A stretch of DNA of 64,000 nucleotides from an uncultured Actinomycetota bacterium (lineage in GTDB: Bacteria; Actinomycetota; Actinomycetes; Actinomycetales; Dermatophilaceae). Position 1 is the first letter of the stretch. Every line of letters starts with the position of its first letter. Shown here piece after piece: positions 28,784 to 38,050 of the stretch. The notes beneath the pieces were generated by a model. That model ran no database searches and was not told the DNA's origin. It was given only the letters and a program-made list of their open reading frames with translations. A program made the translations under genes and the position numbers. The DNA is taken from contig CAVSBW010000009.1 in the NCBI GenBank assembly GCA_963726295.1, forward strand, positions 629 through 64,628, read 5' to 3'.

Positions 28784-31384
28784 GTGGGACACACCGACGT
28801 CGACGACATCTACGAGCTCTCGCCGCTGCAGCGGGGGATGCTCCTCCACACGGTGCACGACGGCTCGGCCGACATGTACCTCGGTCAGCACGTCTACGTC
28901 ATCGATGGCCCCCTGGACGCGGACCTGCTGGTCCGCGCCTGGCGGCAGGTCTTCGAGTCCCACCCCGCGCTGCGCACGTCCTTCCACTGGGAGGGGCTCG
29001 ACAAGCCCCTGCAGGTGGTCCACCGCGAGGTCACCCCTCCGTCGCGGACAGAGGATTGGTCCGGCGTGCCCGAGGACGAACAGCAGGAACGGCTCGACCG
29101 CCTCCTCGCCGAGGACCGGGCGACCGGGTTCGACCTCACCGCGCCGCCCCTCCAGCGCCTCTACCTCGTGCGGCTGAGGCCCGAGCGGCACGCCCTCGCC
29201 TGGACGCACCACCACCTGCTGCTCGACGGCTGGTCGGTCCCAGTGTTCATGAACGAGGTGATGGCCCACTACCAGGGGATCGTCACCGGTGGCCCGCGGC
29301 CGGCGCCGGCGCCGGCCTTCCGCGAGTACATCGCCTGGCTCGACCAGCAGGACATGGACGCCGCCCGCCGGTTCTGGTCCGAGACGTTGGGCGGGGTGTC
29401 GCCGCATCCGCTGCCGGGGTTGCGCGCGCTCGACCCCCGACACGCCACCGGGGAGCCCGGACGACGGTCGGTGGACATCGCGGGCCGGCTCGAGGACGGC
29501 CTGCGCGCGGCCGCGGCCCGCCACCGGGTCACGGTGGGTACCGTCCTCCACGGCGCCTGGGCCGCCGTCCTCAGCCGCCTCACCCACTCGTCAGACGTCC
29601 TCTTCGGCTGCGTCAGCTCGGGCCGCCCCGCCGACCTCCCGGATGTCGACCGAATGATCGGCATGTTCGTCAACACCCTTCCCGTCGCGGTGGACGTCCC
29701 CGGCGACGGCGACCTGGGCGAGTGGCTGCGTGACGTCCAGGCACGAGCCGCCGCGGCCCGCGAGTACGAGTTCAGCCCGCTCTCGGACGTCAAGCGATGG
29801 GCGGGCGTCCCGGGCCGGCAGCTGTTCGACAGCCTGGTCGTGTTCGCCAACTACTCCTTCGGGGTCGGCGAGGAGAGCGCCGTCGCCGGACAGCTCTCGG
29901 TCCGCTCCCAACGCACCTTCGACAAGGTGAGCGTCCCGCTGGCGCTCATCGTCAACCCGGCGCCGGTCTCGGAGCTGGAGTTGCTGTGGCACGAGGACCG
30001 CTTCGACGCCCACGTCGTCGACGACGTCCTTGCGCTCCTCCTCGCAGTACTCGGAACCCTCCCGGACGCGGACCGCACGTCGGCGCTGCTCGCTGCCGGC
30101 GACGCGCACACCGAGGCATCGTGCGCCTCCGCCCCCGCGCCCACCGGGGCCCCGCTCCCGGCGGCCCCCGTGCCGGCCGACGGCCGGGGCCGGACCTCGG
30201 CCCCGGTCCCGCCCGCGACCCCCGAGGAGGAGCACATCGCGTCAGCCTGGCGCGAGACGCTCGGCCTCGAGGAGCTCGATGTCACGGCGAACTTCTTCGA
30301 CCTCGGCGGAGACTCCTTCACCGCCGTCCGCGCGGTCGGGCGCATCGAGGGGGCGACGGTCGCCATGCTCGCCCTCCACCCGACGGTCCGCGACCTCGCC
30401 GCGGCCCTCGCGGCCGTCGGGCCCGACGAGGAGGACCGGGAGCTCGACGCCGAGATCGCCGAGCTGGAGCGCCGGCTCGCTGAGACCGGTGGCCCCGTCG
30501 GCACGCCCGCTGCGGACACCTCCGTGGAGACGCGCCTCGGCGCGACGGCGGCGCCGTCGGAGGACCGTTCCCTCCAGGAGCAGCTGACCGCGTACTACGA
30601 AGGGCCCGGACGAGAGCAGACCCTCGAGCAGGAGAGCTCGGGTCACGGGGCGCTGGAGTTCGAGCGCACCAAGGAGATCGTGCTGCGGCACCTGCCACCG
30701 GCTCCGGCCGTCGTCGCCGACATCGGCGGGGGGCCCGGGCGGTTCGCGCTGTGGCTGGCGGAGCTCGGGTACGAGGTCCTTCACCGCGAGATCGTGCCGT
30801 CCTTCGTCGACGAGGTGAACCGCGCTGCGCAGGACAAGGGGCTCGCGGTCGAGTCGGCCGTCGGTGACGCCCGGTGGCTCGACCTCGACGACGAGAGCGT
30901 CGATGCAGTCCTGCTGTTGGGGCCGCTCTACTACCTGCCCTCCGAGGAGGACCGGCTCGCCGTGCTGCGCGAGGCGCGGCGCGTCGTCCGCCCCGGGGGC
31001 CCGGTGTACGGGGCCGGCATCTCCCGCTGGGCCAGCCGCATGGACGGCATGCTGCGCGAGCGCATGTACGAGCGGGGACCCCAGATGCTCGAGCTCATCG
31101 CCGCGGTCGAGCAGACCGGCGTCCTGCCCTCCGCAGCCGCAGGCGGCTACACCGCCTTCACCCACCTCCCGCGCCAGCTGGCCACCGAGCTCGAGGCGGC
31201 AGAGCTCGAGGTCACCGACCTCGTGAGCGTCGAGGGGGCGGCGTTCCTCGTCGACGACCTCAGCGAGCGGATGGCCGACCCCCGCGCCCGCGAGGCCGTG
31301 CTCGCCGGCGCCCGCGCCCAAGAGCGGGTCCCGGAGCTGCTCGGTCTCGGTCCGCACCTGGTGGCGACCGGCGTCCGGCGATGA
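28784..31384 (+). CDS. NRPS-like C-T-methyltransferase protein without an adenylation domain
   Basis: GTG start preceded by AGGAG. C: DIYELSPLQRGMLLH, WTHHHLLLDGWS. T: FFDLGGDSFTAVRAV. Class I SAM methyltransferase: VADIGGGPGRFALWL, LLLGPLYYL. No A-domain core motifs lie between C and T. Confidence 0.85.
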   Translation: MGHTDVDDIYELSPLQRGMLLHTVHDGSADMYLGQHVYVIDGPLDADLLVRAWRQVFESHPALRTSFHWEGLDKPLQVVHREVTPPSRTEDWSGVPEDEQQERLDRLLAEDRATGFDLTAPPLQRLYLVRLRPERHALAWTHHHLLLDGWSVPVFMNEVMAHYQGIVTGGPRPAPAPAFREYIAWLDQQDMDAARRFWSETLGGVSPHPLPGLRALDPRHATGEPGRRSVDIAGRLEDGLRAAAARHRVTVGTVLHGAWAAVLSRLTHSSDVLFGCVSSGRPADLPDVDRMIGMFVNTLPVAVDVPGDGDLGEWLRDVQARAAAAREYEFSPLSDVKRWAGVPGRQLFDSLVVFANYSFGVGEESAVAGQLSVRSQRTFDKVSVPLALIVNPAPVSELELLWHEDRFDAHVVDDVLALLLAVLGTLPDADRTSALLAAGDAHTEASCASAPAPTGAPLPAAPVPADGRGRTSAPVPPATPEEEHIASAWRETLGLEELDVTANFFDLGGDSFTAVRAVGRIEGATVAMLALHPTVRDLAAALAAVGPDEEDRELDAEIAELERRLAETGGPVGTPAADTSVETRLGATAAPSEDRSLQEQLTAYYEGPGREQTLEQESSGHGALEFERTKEIVLRHLPPAPAVVADIGGGPGRFALWLAELGYEVLHREIVPSFVDEVNRAAQDKGLAVESAVGDARWLDLDDESVDAVLLLGPLYYLPSEEDRLAVLREARRVVRPGGPVYGAGISRWASRMDGMLRERMYERGPQMLELIAAVEQTGVLPSAAAGGYTAFTHLPRQLATELEAAELEVTDLVSVEGAAFLVDDLSERMADPRAREAVLAGARAQERVPELLGLGPHLVATGVRR

Positions 31385-31439
31385 CGGCCCACGGGACGTG
31401 GTCGCGGCGAACCCGGACCGGACGGGACGGGACGGACTG

Positions 31440-32225
31440 ATGACGACCAGCCCCGGCGTCAGGGATGCCCAGCGGGTCCGGCTCCCGGACGGCACGTCCT
31501 GGCACTGCCCGTCGAGGAACGACGCGCTGATGATCTGGCGAGAGATCTTCGACGACAGGTGCTACGGCGACGCCGTCCGCGGCGTCGCCCGCGGCGAGAC
31601 CGTCCTGGACGTCGGCGCGCACTGCGGCCTCGCGTCCCTCTACGTATCCCGCGCCGTTCCGGACGCGCGCATCCTCGCCTTCGAGCCGGCGCAGGTGCTC
31701 CACCGGTGCCTGACGCGCAACCTGCGCGACCACGTGCCCGGGGCGACGGCGTACCGGCGCGCGGTCGGCCGTACGGAGGGGCCGGTCCGCTTCACCTACT
31801 ACCCGAAGGCACCCTGCCAGTCCGGGATGTACGCCCACGCGGAGCGGGACCGCGACGCCACCCGCCACTACCTCGAGAACAACGAAGTCGTCGGCGAGGC
31901 CGCCGAGTACCTCCTCGACGGTCTCCACGAACCACGGGTCGAGCACGTCTACGTGACGACGCTGTCGGCGGCGCTCGCGGCGTACGGAGTGGGTGAGGTC
32001 GCCCTCCTCAAGGTCGACGTGGAACGGGCAGAGCTCGACGTCCTCGAGGGTATCGAGGACACGGACTGGCCACGGATCCGCACCGTGGTCGCCGAGGTGC
32101 ACGAGGACGAAGGACACCTCGACCGCAGCCTCGCGCTGTTCGGTGCTCACGGGTACTCGACGGAGGTCGACCAGGCCTCGTGGCTCGCCGGCTCCGGCCT
32201 CCACACCGTGACGGCGCGCCGATGA
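31440..32225 (+). CDS. FkbM-family SAM-dependent methyltransferase
   Basis: In-frame part of ORF 31398..32225 from ATG 31440. Motifs: VLDVGAHCGLASLY and LLKVDVERAELDVLEG, typical of the FkbM family. Confidence 0.7.
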   Translation: MTTSPGVRDAQRVRLPDGTSWHCPSRNDALMIWREIFDDRCYGDAVRGVARGETVLDVGAHCGLASLYVSRAVPDARILAFEPAQVLHRCLTRNLRDHVPGATAYRRAVGRTEGPVRFTYYPKAPCQSGMYAHAERDRDATRHYLENNEVVGEAAEYLLDGLHEPRVEHVYVTTLSAALAAYGVGEVALLKVDVERAELDVLEGIEDTDWPRIRTVVAEVHEDEGHLDRSLALFGAHGYSTEVDQASWLAGSGLHTVTARR

Positions 32226-33634
32226 GGGACCTACGGGCGTCCGCCCCCACCGGGTTCCGCGCGTTCGGAGTCCTGTGGGTGGGCCAGCTCGCCTCCCTGA
32301 CGGGCTCGGGGCTGACCGGCTTCGCCCTCGGCGTGCACGCCTACCGGCTCACCGGGTCGGTGACGACCCTCAGCCTCGTATACGCCCTCGCCTTCGTCCC
32401 GTTCGTGCTCGCGGCCCCCTTCGCCGGTGCTGTCATCGACCGGTGGGGGCCGCGACGGGCCATGACGGTCGGCACGGGAGGGGCGGCCGTGGTGATGCTC
32501 CTCTTCGCGGTGGTTCTCACCACCGGGGCCTTCGCCCTCTGGCAGGTCTACGTGCTCGTCTCCTGCCTCGCCCTGGCCCAGTCGCTGGAGACCCCGGCGC
32601 TCGAGACGGCCGTGCCGGCCCTCGTGCCGAAGCGGCAGATCGGTCGGGCCAACGGCCTGCTCATGCTGGCCGTCGCGGCCAGCCGGCTGCTCGCGCCGGT
32701 GGTCGCGGGGCTCCTGCTCGTGGCGATCGAGCTGCCGGGCATCGTCCTCGTCGACTGTGCCTCCTACGTGCTCGCCCTGCTGGGTCTGGCCGTCGTCCGG
32801 ATCCCGCGCCCCGCCGGCCCGCCCGGGGCCGAGCGGCCGAGGGGTCCGGCAGGCCTGGCCCGTAACCTGCGCACGGCATGGCGGTTCGTCGCCGGACGGC
32901 ACGGGCTCGTCGTCCTCCTCGCCTTCTCGGCCGTCGTCAACTTCTGCGGCGGCGTGGTCCAGCTGATGATCACACCCCTCGTCCTGGCCTTCGGGTCGGC
33001 GGTGACCCTCGGCACGGTGTTGTCGTCCGCTGGCATCGGTATGGTCGCGGCCGGCCTCGGCATGAGCGCATGGGGCGGGCCGCGGCGCCGGGTGGCCGCC
33101 GTCCTCGGCTTCGCAGTCCTCATGGGCGCCGCCATGGTGGCCGGCAGCCTGCGCCCCGACCCCGTCCTCATCGGCGCGGCGGCGTTCGTGGTCCTCGGCA
33201 GCTCGGCGGTCGTCATGGCCTGCAACCAGGCGATCTGGCAGGTCAAGGTCGCCCCCGAGCTGCGCGGCAGGGTCATCGCGCTGCTCACGATGACCTTCTC
33301 GGCCCCGCCGCTGGTCGCCTACGCGGTGGCCGGCCCGGCTGCCGATCACGTCTTCGTCCCGCTCGTGGGTCGCAATGACGTCACGAACCCGGTGCTGCGG
33401 GTCCTCGTGGGCACCGGACCGGGCAGGGGCTACGCGTTGGTCGTGATGGTCATGGGCGCGGCCATCGTCCTGTGCGTCCTCGCCGCCGCGCTCTCCCCCA
33501 GGCTCCGGCACCTCGACACCGAGATGCCCGACATGATCACCGACCCCGGCGCCGACGACGGCGTCGACGACGAGCCGGAGGTGCACGCCTGGCGGGTCCC
33601 GGCGACCGCCCCGGCGGAACGGGTGCCCTCATGA
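32222..33634 (+). CDS. MFS transporter (EntS-like exporter type)
   Basis: From ATG 32222 (MRDLRASAPTGFRAFGVLWVGQLAS...VIDRWGPRR...). About 12 hydrophobic helices. ATGA overlap with the previous gene. Confidence 0.8.
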   Translation: MRDLRASAPTGFRAFGVLWVGQLASLTGSGLTGFALGVHAYRLTGSVTTLSLVYALAFVPFVLAAPFAGAVIDRWGPRRAMTVGTGGAAVVMLLFAVVLTTGAFALWQVYVLVSCLALAQSLETPALETAVPALVPKRQIGRANGLLMLAVAASRLLAPVVAGLLLVAIELPGIVLVDCASYVLALLGLAVVRIPRPAGPPGAERPRGPAGLARNLRTAWRFVAGRHGLVVLLAFSAVVNFCGGVVQLMITPLVLAFGSAVTLGTVLSSAGIGMVAAGLGMSAWGGPRRRVAAVLGFAVLMGAAMVAGSLRPDPVLIGAAAFVVLGSSAVVMACNQAIWQVKVAPELRGRVIALLTMTFSAPPLVAYAVAGPAADHVFVPLVGRNDVTNPVLRVLVGTGPGRGYALVVMVMGAAIVLCVLAAALSPRLRHLDTEMPDMITDPGADDGVDDEPEVHAWRVPATAPAERVPS

Positions 33635-36081
33635 CCACCGTCGACCCAGTCCTCAACGCCGTCCCCGGCGCGAACCACGAGAACGCGGTGCCCGTGCGTC
33701 TCGGGTCGCGGGTCGCCGGGGCGCTGCGCGAGCTCGCGACGGACACGGGCGCCCCGCTCGACGCCGCCGTCGTGGCCGGGGTGCAGGTGCTCCTGGCGCG
33801 GCTCCGCGGGACGCCGGAGGTCGTGGTCGGCCTCCCCCTGCCCTGCTCCCCGGCGGCCTTCCCCGTCCGCGGCGACCTCTCCGACGGTCCGGTATACCGA
33901 GAGCTGGTGGGCCGCGTGGCGGCCACCCTCGCGGAGGCCGGGAGCCACGCCGGAGACCTCGACGCGCTGGGGGCGGACCTGAAGGAGGCGTCCGGCGGCC
34001 GGCCGGAGCCCGACGCGGTTGTCGAGCTGCTGCGTCCAGGGGCCTCCGGCGCCGGTTCCACGCTGGCCAAGGCCGATGCGGCCTGGCGACTGACCCTCAG
34101 CGACGGCACACCCGACCTCTCCGGCGAGCTGCGCACGGGCAGCGCGCACCCCGACGAGACCGCCCGGGTCGCCGCGATGCTCGAGCACCTGATCGGCGAG
34201 CTCGTCGCCGCCCCCGGGCGCAAGGTCCTGTCCGTGTCGCCGGTCCCTCCCACGGAGCGCACGCGGCTCCTCCATGGCCTGAACCCGGCACGGGACCCGG
34301 AACCGACCCACGTGACGATGGCCCAGCTGTTCGAGGAGCAGGTGCGCCGTACGCCCGACGCAACGGCGGTCGTCGACGAAAACGACGACCGGCTCACCTA
34401 CGCCGAGCTCAACGTCCGCGCGAACCGGCTCGCACACGAGCTCCGCGCTCTCGGTGCCCGCCCGGGTGGTTTCGTCGCGGTCACCATGCCCCGCAGCATC
34501 GACGTGATGGTGGCGCTCTACGCGGTCACGAAGTCCGGCGCGGCCTACGTACCGGTCGACCCGGACCTCCCCGACTCCCGGATGCAGTTCATGCTCGAGG
34601 ACTCGGCCCCGCTCGCGGTGCTCACCGACGCCGGTACCCGGCCCCGGGTCCCAGCGGGCCGGTGGCAGACCCTCGCGGTCGACGCGGACGCCACCCGGTG
34701 GGCCAGCCGCCCCGCGGAGGACCCACCACCCCTGGAGGGGAACCACCTCATCCACCTGCTGTACACGTCCGGGACGACCGGACGGCCCAAGGCCGTCGCG
34801 TACCCCGTCGACGGGGCGCTGGCCGACATCGCGTGGCTGCACCGGTCCTACCCGTACGGCCCGGGCGATACCGCCCTGTTCAAGACGTCGTACGGTTTCG
34901 ACGTCTCCATCTGGGAGATCTTCTGGCCGCTCTTCCACGGCGCTCGCGTCGCCATCTGCCCACCGGAGGCCCATCGCGACCCCGCCGCGCTCCGCGACGC
35001 CGTGGACCGCTTCCGGGTCACGACCATGTTCATGGTCCCGTCCATGGCGGCCCCGTTCTACTCGTGCACGTCGGCGGGCAGCTGTCCGTCGCTCCGCTGG
35101 GTCTTCTGCGGCGGCGAGGCGGTGACGCCGCGGGTCCGCGACGGCTTCCACGAGCGCTTCTCGGCGCGGATCATCAACTGCTACGGCCCGACCGAGCTCG
35201 GCTGCGTCACCGAGACGGTGCTCCCCGTGGAGCCCGGAGCCCCGGTCCCGGTCGGTCCACCGGTCGAACACCGCCGCGTGTACGTTCTCGACGAATGGCT
35301 GGAGCCGGTTCCCGTCGGGGTGCCGGCCGAGCTGTACGTCGGGGGCCGGGTCGGAATCGCGCAGAGCTACCACCGTCGCCCCGGACTGACCGCCGAGCGG
35401 TTCCCGGCGGACCCGTTCGGAGCCCCCGGCTCCCGTATGTACCGGACGGGCGACCTCGTCCGCTACCGGGCTGACGGAGTACTCGAGCACCTCGGCCGCA
35501 TCGGCCGGCAGGTCAAGATCCGCGGCGTGCGCATCGAACCAGCCGAGATCGAGGCCGTCCTCGCCGAGCACCCGGACGTCGCGCAGTCCGTCGTGACGGT
35601 GATACCCGACACCGACGGCGAGATTGCGGCCTTCGTCGTTCCGGCCGACGGAGCACGGCCGTCGGCCGAGGAGCTGCTCTCGCAGGGCCGTCGGCTGCTC
35701 CCGGCACACATGGTGCCGACGACCGTGACCGTCCTGGACGCCGTCCCGACGCTGGTCAACGGCAAGACCGACGTCGAGACGCTGCTCACCCTGATCGACC
35801 GCGGTGCGCCGTCCGGTCGAACCGGGGTCGAGCCCCCCGCCACCGCCACCGAGGCGCGCACCGTGGCCCTGTTCGCCTCCGTCCTCCAGCTCGACGAGGT
35901 GGGCGCCACCGACGGGTTCTTCGAGCTCGGCGGCCACTCGCTGCTCGTCTTCCGGCTCGTCGAGCTGTGCGGTGCCGAGTTCGGGGTCGACCTCGCGGTC
36001 CGGGACGTCCTGCGCACGCTGACCCCGCGCGGTCTCGCCACGCTCGTCGACGCCCACCCCGACACGGAGGGGGCCCGATGA
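33631..36081 (+). CDS. NRPS, (C-domain remnant)-A-T
   Basis: From ATG 33631 (MTTVDPVLNAV), with ATGA overlap to the MFS gene. A: LIHLLYTSGTTGRPKAV, NCYGPTELG, YRTGDLVRYRADGVLEHLGRIGRQVKIRGVRIEPAEIE, VNGKTD. T: FFELGGHSLLVFRL. The first ~250 aa have no HHxxxD. Confidence 0.85.
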   Translation: MTTVDPVLNAVPGANHENAVPVRLGSRVAGALRELATDTGAPLDAAVVAGVQVLLARLRGTPEVVVGLPLPCSPAAFPVRGDLSDGPVYRELVGRVAATLAEAGSHAGDLDALGADLKEASGGRPEPDAVVELLRPGASGAGSTLAKADAAWRLTLSDGTPDLSGELRTGSAHPDETARVAAMLEHLIGELVAAPGRKVLSVSPVPPTERTRLLHGLNPARDPEPTHVTMAQLFEEQVRRTPDATAVVDENDDRLTYAELNVRANRLAHELRALGARPGGFVAVTMPRSIDVMVALYAVTKSGAAYVPVDPDLPDSRMQFMLEDSAPLAVLTDAGTRPRVPAGRWQTLAVDADATRWASRPAEDPPPLEGNHLIHLLYTSGTTGRPKAVAYPVDGALADIAWLHRSYPYGPGDTALFKTSYGFDVSIWEIFWPLFHGARVAICPPEAHRDPAALRDAVDRFRVTTMFMVPSMAAPFYSCTSAGSCPSLRWVFCGGEAVTPRVRDGFHERFSARIINCYGPTELGCVTETVLPVEPGAPVPVGPPVEHRRVYVLDEWLEPVPVGVPAELYVGGRVGIAQSYHRRPGLTAERFPADPFGAPGSRMYRTGDLVRYRADGVLEHLGRIGRQVKIRGVRIEPAEIEAVLAEHPDVAQSVVTVIPDTDGEIAAFVVPADGARPSAEELLSQGRRLLPAHMVPTTVTVLDAVPTLVNGKTDVETLLTLIDRGAPSGRTGVEPPATATEARTVALFASVLQLDEVGATDGFFELGGHSLLVFRLVELCGAEFGVDLAVRDVLRTLTPRGLATLVDAHPDTEGAR

Positions 36082-37331
36082 GCGCCTCCACGACGACCCC
36101 GGCGACCCGCCCCGACGTGGACCTCGCCGACCTCGACCAGGTCCTCGCCCTCGACCTCGCCGACCCCGCCCTCTACGCCACCGACCGTCCCGAGCGAATC
36201 TGGCGCACGATGCGGCGGTCGGGGACCCCCGTGCTCGTCACCGCCCGCCGACGACATTGGGCGGTCACGCGCTACCAGCAGGTCAGGGAGGTCCTGCGGC
36301 GCAGCGAGGTCCTGTCGTCCGAGCAGGGGATGCGGCTGGGTGAGAAGGCGTCGGACGTGGCCGCAGGGGCGGCCGCGGGTGGGCGGTCGGTCCTCGTCAG
36401 CGACGACCCCGCCCACGCCCGGGTGCGGCGGGTCCTCGAGCCGGCCTTCACCCCCAAGGCGGTCCGCCGCCTCGCCGAGGGCACTCGCGGCCTAGCCGAC
36501 CGGCTCGTCTCCGAGGCCATCGCCCGACCGTCTGTCGACTTCGTCGAGGCTCTCGTCGCCCCGCTGCTCACGACGGTCAGCTGCGACCTCGTCGGGGTTC
36601 CCGAGGCCGACCGCGAGGCGCTCGCGCGACTGAGCCAACGAGCCTTCTGCGGCTCCGGCGATGCGACCGCGTCGACCCAGATCTCCGCGCACGTCGAGTT
36701 GCTCGCCTACTGCGACGAGCTCGTGCTCGCCAAGCGCCGCCGGCCGGGCGACGACGTCGCGAGCATCCTCGCGACCGCGCAGGTCGACGGCGCCCCGATT
36801 CCCCGGAGCGCGGCCGTGATGAACTGCCACGACCTCATCCTCGGCGGCAACGCCTCCGCCCGGTACGCGCTCACCAGCGTCCCGCTGACCATGCTCCACC
36901 AGCGGCCGTTCTGGGACACCCTCCGCGCCGGCGGGGCCGATGTCGATGCGGCGGTGCGGGAGCTGCTGCGCTGCGAGGCCCCCGTGAACCACATCATGCG
37001 CACCCTCCTGGACGACCTGGAGGTGGGTGGTGTGCGGATCCCACGCGGCGAGCTCGTCACCCTGTGGCTGCGTTCGGCCAACCGCGACGAGGAGGTGTTC
37101 GCGCACCCGGACGAGATGCGCCTCGACCTCCCGCGCCGGGCGCACCTGGCCTTCGGGGCCGGGCCCCACCACTGCCTCGCGGCGAACCTCGCGCGTCTGG
37201 AGATCTCCGCGCTGCTCTGTGCGCTGGCCGACCGGGTCGGCGACGTCGAGCCGACCGGTCCGGCGGTCCGGATGGAGTCGGACTTCCTCCGCGGCTACCG
37301 GGAGGTGCCGGTCTCGCTCTCCCCGCGTTGA
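36078..37331 (+). CDS. Cytochrome P450
   Basis: From ATG 36078, with ATGA overlap to the A-T NRPS. ExxR: ELLRCEAPV. Heme loop: FGAGPHHCLAANLARLE. Confidence 0.85.
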   Translation: MSASTTTPATRPDVDLADLDQVLALDLADPALYATDRPERIWRTMRRSGTPVLVTARRRHWAVTRYQQVREVLRRSEVLSSEQGMRLGEKASDVAAGAAAGGRSVLVSDDPAHARVRRVLEPAFTPKAVRRLAEGTRGLADRLVSEAIARPSVDFVEALVAPLLTTVSCDLVGVPEADREALARLSQRAFCGSGDATASTQISAHVELLAYCDELVLAKRRRPGDDVASILATAQVDGAPIPRSAAVMNCHDLILGGNASARYALTSVPLTMLHQRPFWDTLRAGGADVDAAVRELLRCEAPVNHIMRTLLDDLEVGGVRIPRGELVTLWLRSANRDEEVFAHPDEMRLDLPRRAHLAFGAGPHHCLAANLARLEISALLCALADRVGDVEPTGPAVRMESDFLRGYREVPVSLSPR

Positions 37332-38050
37332 GGGGGGCCGGCCAGCAGGCCGATCAGCTCCGCGGGCGCGTCGATGAAACGGCTGTGCCGACCCGGGAAC
37401 ACCGTGAAGGTCGTGTCGGGGCAGGCCGACCAACCCTGCATCTGCGCCGGCGTGATCTCGGTGTCCTCGCTCCAGCCCAGCGCCGTCACCGGGCACGGGA
37501 GCGCGGCGGGCTCCGAGGGGACGTAGCGGCGGATCATGTCGAGGTCAGCCTGGAGGATGTCGACGTAGATGGCGACGAGCTCCGGGTGCGGCTGCTGGCC
37601 CATGTCGCGGACCACCTTCTCGAGCTCCACCTCGAGCGCGGCGTCGTCCATGTCGAGCATCCGCGCGATCATCTCGTCCTGCGGCGCGAGCTGGGACGAC
37701 GCGACGATGCGCACCGGCGGGGGCAGGCCCCGTCTGTGCATCTCGAAGGCCATCTCGTAGGCGGCCAGCGCCGCCCAGCAGTGCCCGAAGACCGTGACGG
37801 GGACGTCGAGGTGGGGGGCGAGCCCGTCGACGAGACCGACCGCCAGCTCCTGGAAGGTCTCAGGCATCCGGTCGCCGAAGCGGGACAGCCGGCCAGGGAG
37901 GTCGACCGCGAGGAACTCGACCGGGCCCCGCTCGACGGGCCAGTTGCGGAACACGCTGACGCCGCACCCCGCATGCGGGATGCACAGCACCCGCGCGGTC
38001 GCGGACGCGGACGGCGGACGCTGCAGCCAGGCCGTCGCCGCCCCGGTCAC
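37295..38050 (-). CDS. Type II thioesterase-like alpha/beta hydrolase with Cys in the nucleophile position
   Basis: 251-aa ORF (GTG start). Motifs: VLCIPHAGCGVSVF, and VFGHCWAALAAYE where canonical TEIIs have GHSxG. GTGA overlap with the PhzF-like gene. Its 3' end overlaps the P450 3' end by 37 nt (convergent). Confidence 0.7.
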   Translation of the reverse strand: MTGAATAWLQRPPSASATARVLCIPHAGCGVSVFRNWPVERGPVEFLAVDLPGRLSRFGDRMPETFQELAVGLVDGLAPHLDVPVTVFGHCWAALAAYEMAFEMHRRGLPPPVRIVASSQLAPQDEMIARMLDMDDAALEVELEKVVRDMGQQPHPELVAIYVDILQADLDMIRRYVPSEPAALPCPVTALGWSEDTEITPAQMQGWSACPDTTFTVFPGRHSRFIDAPAELIGLLAGPPQRGESETGTSR

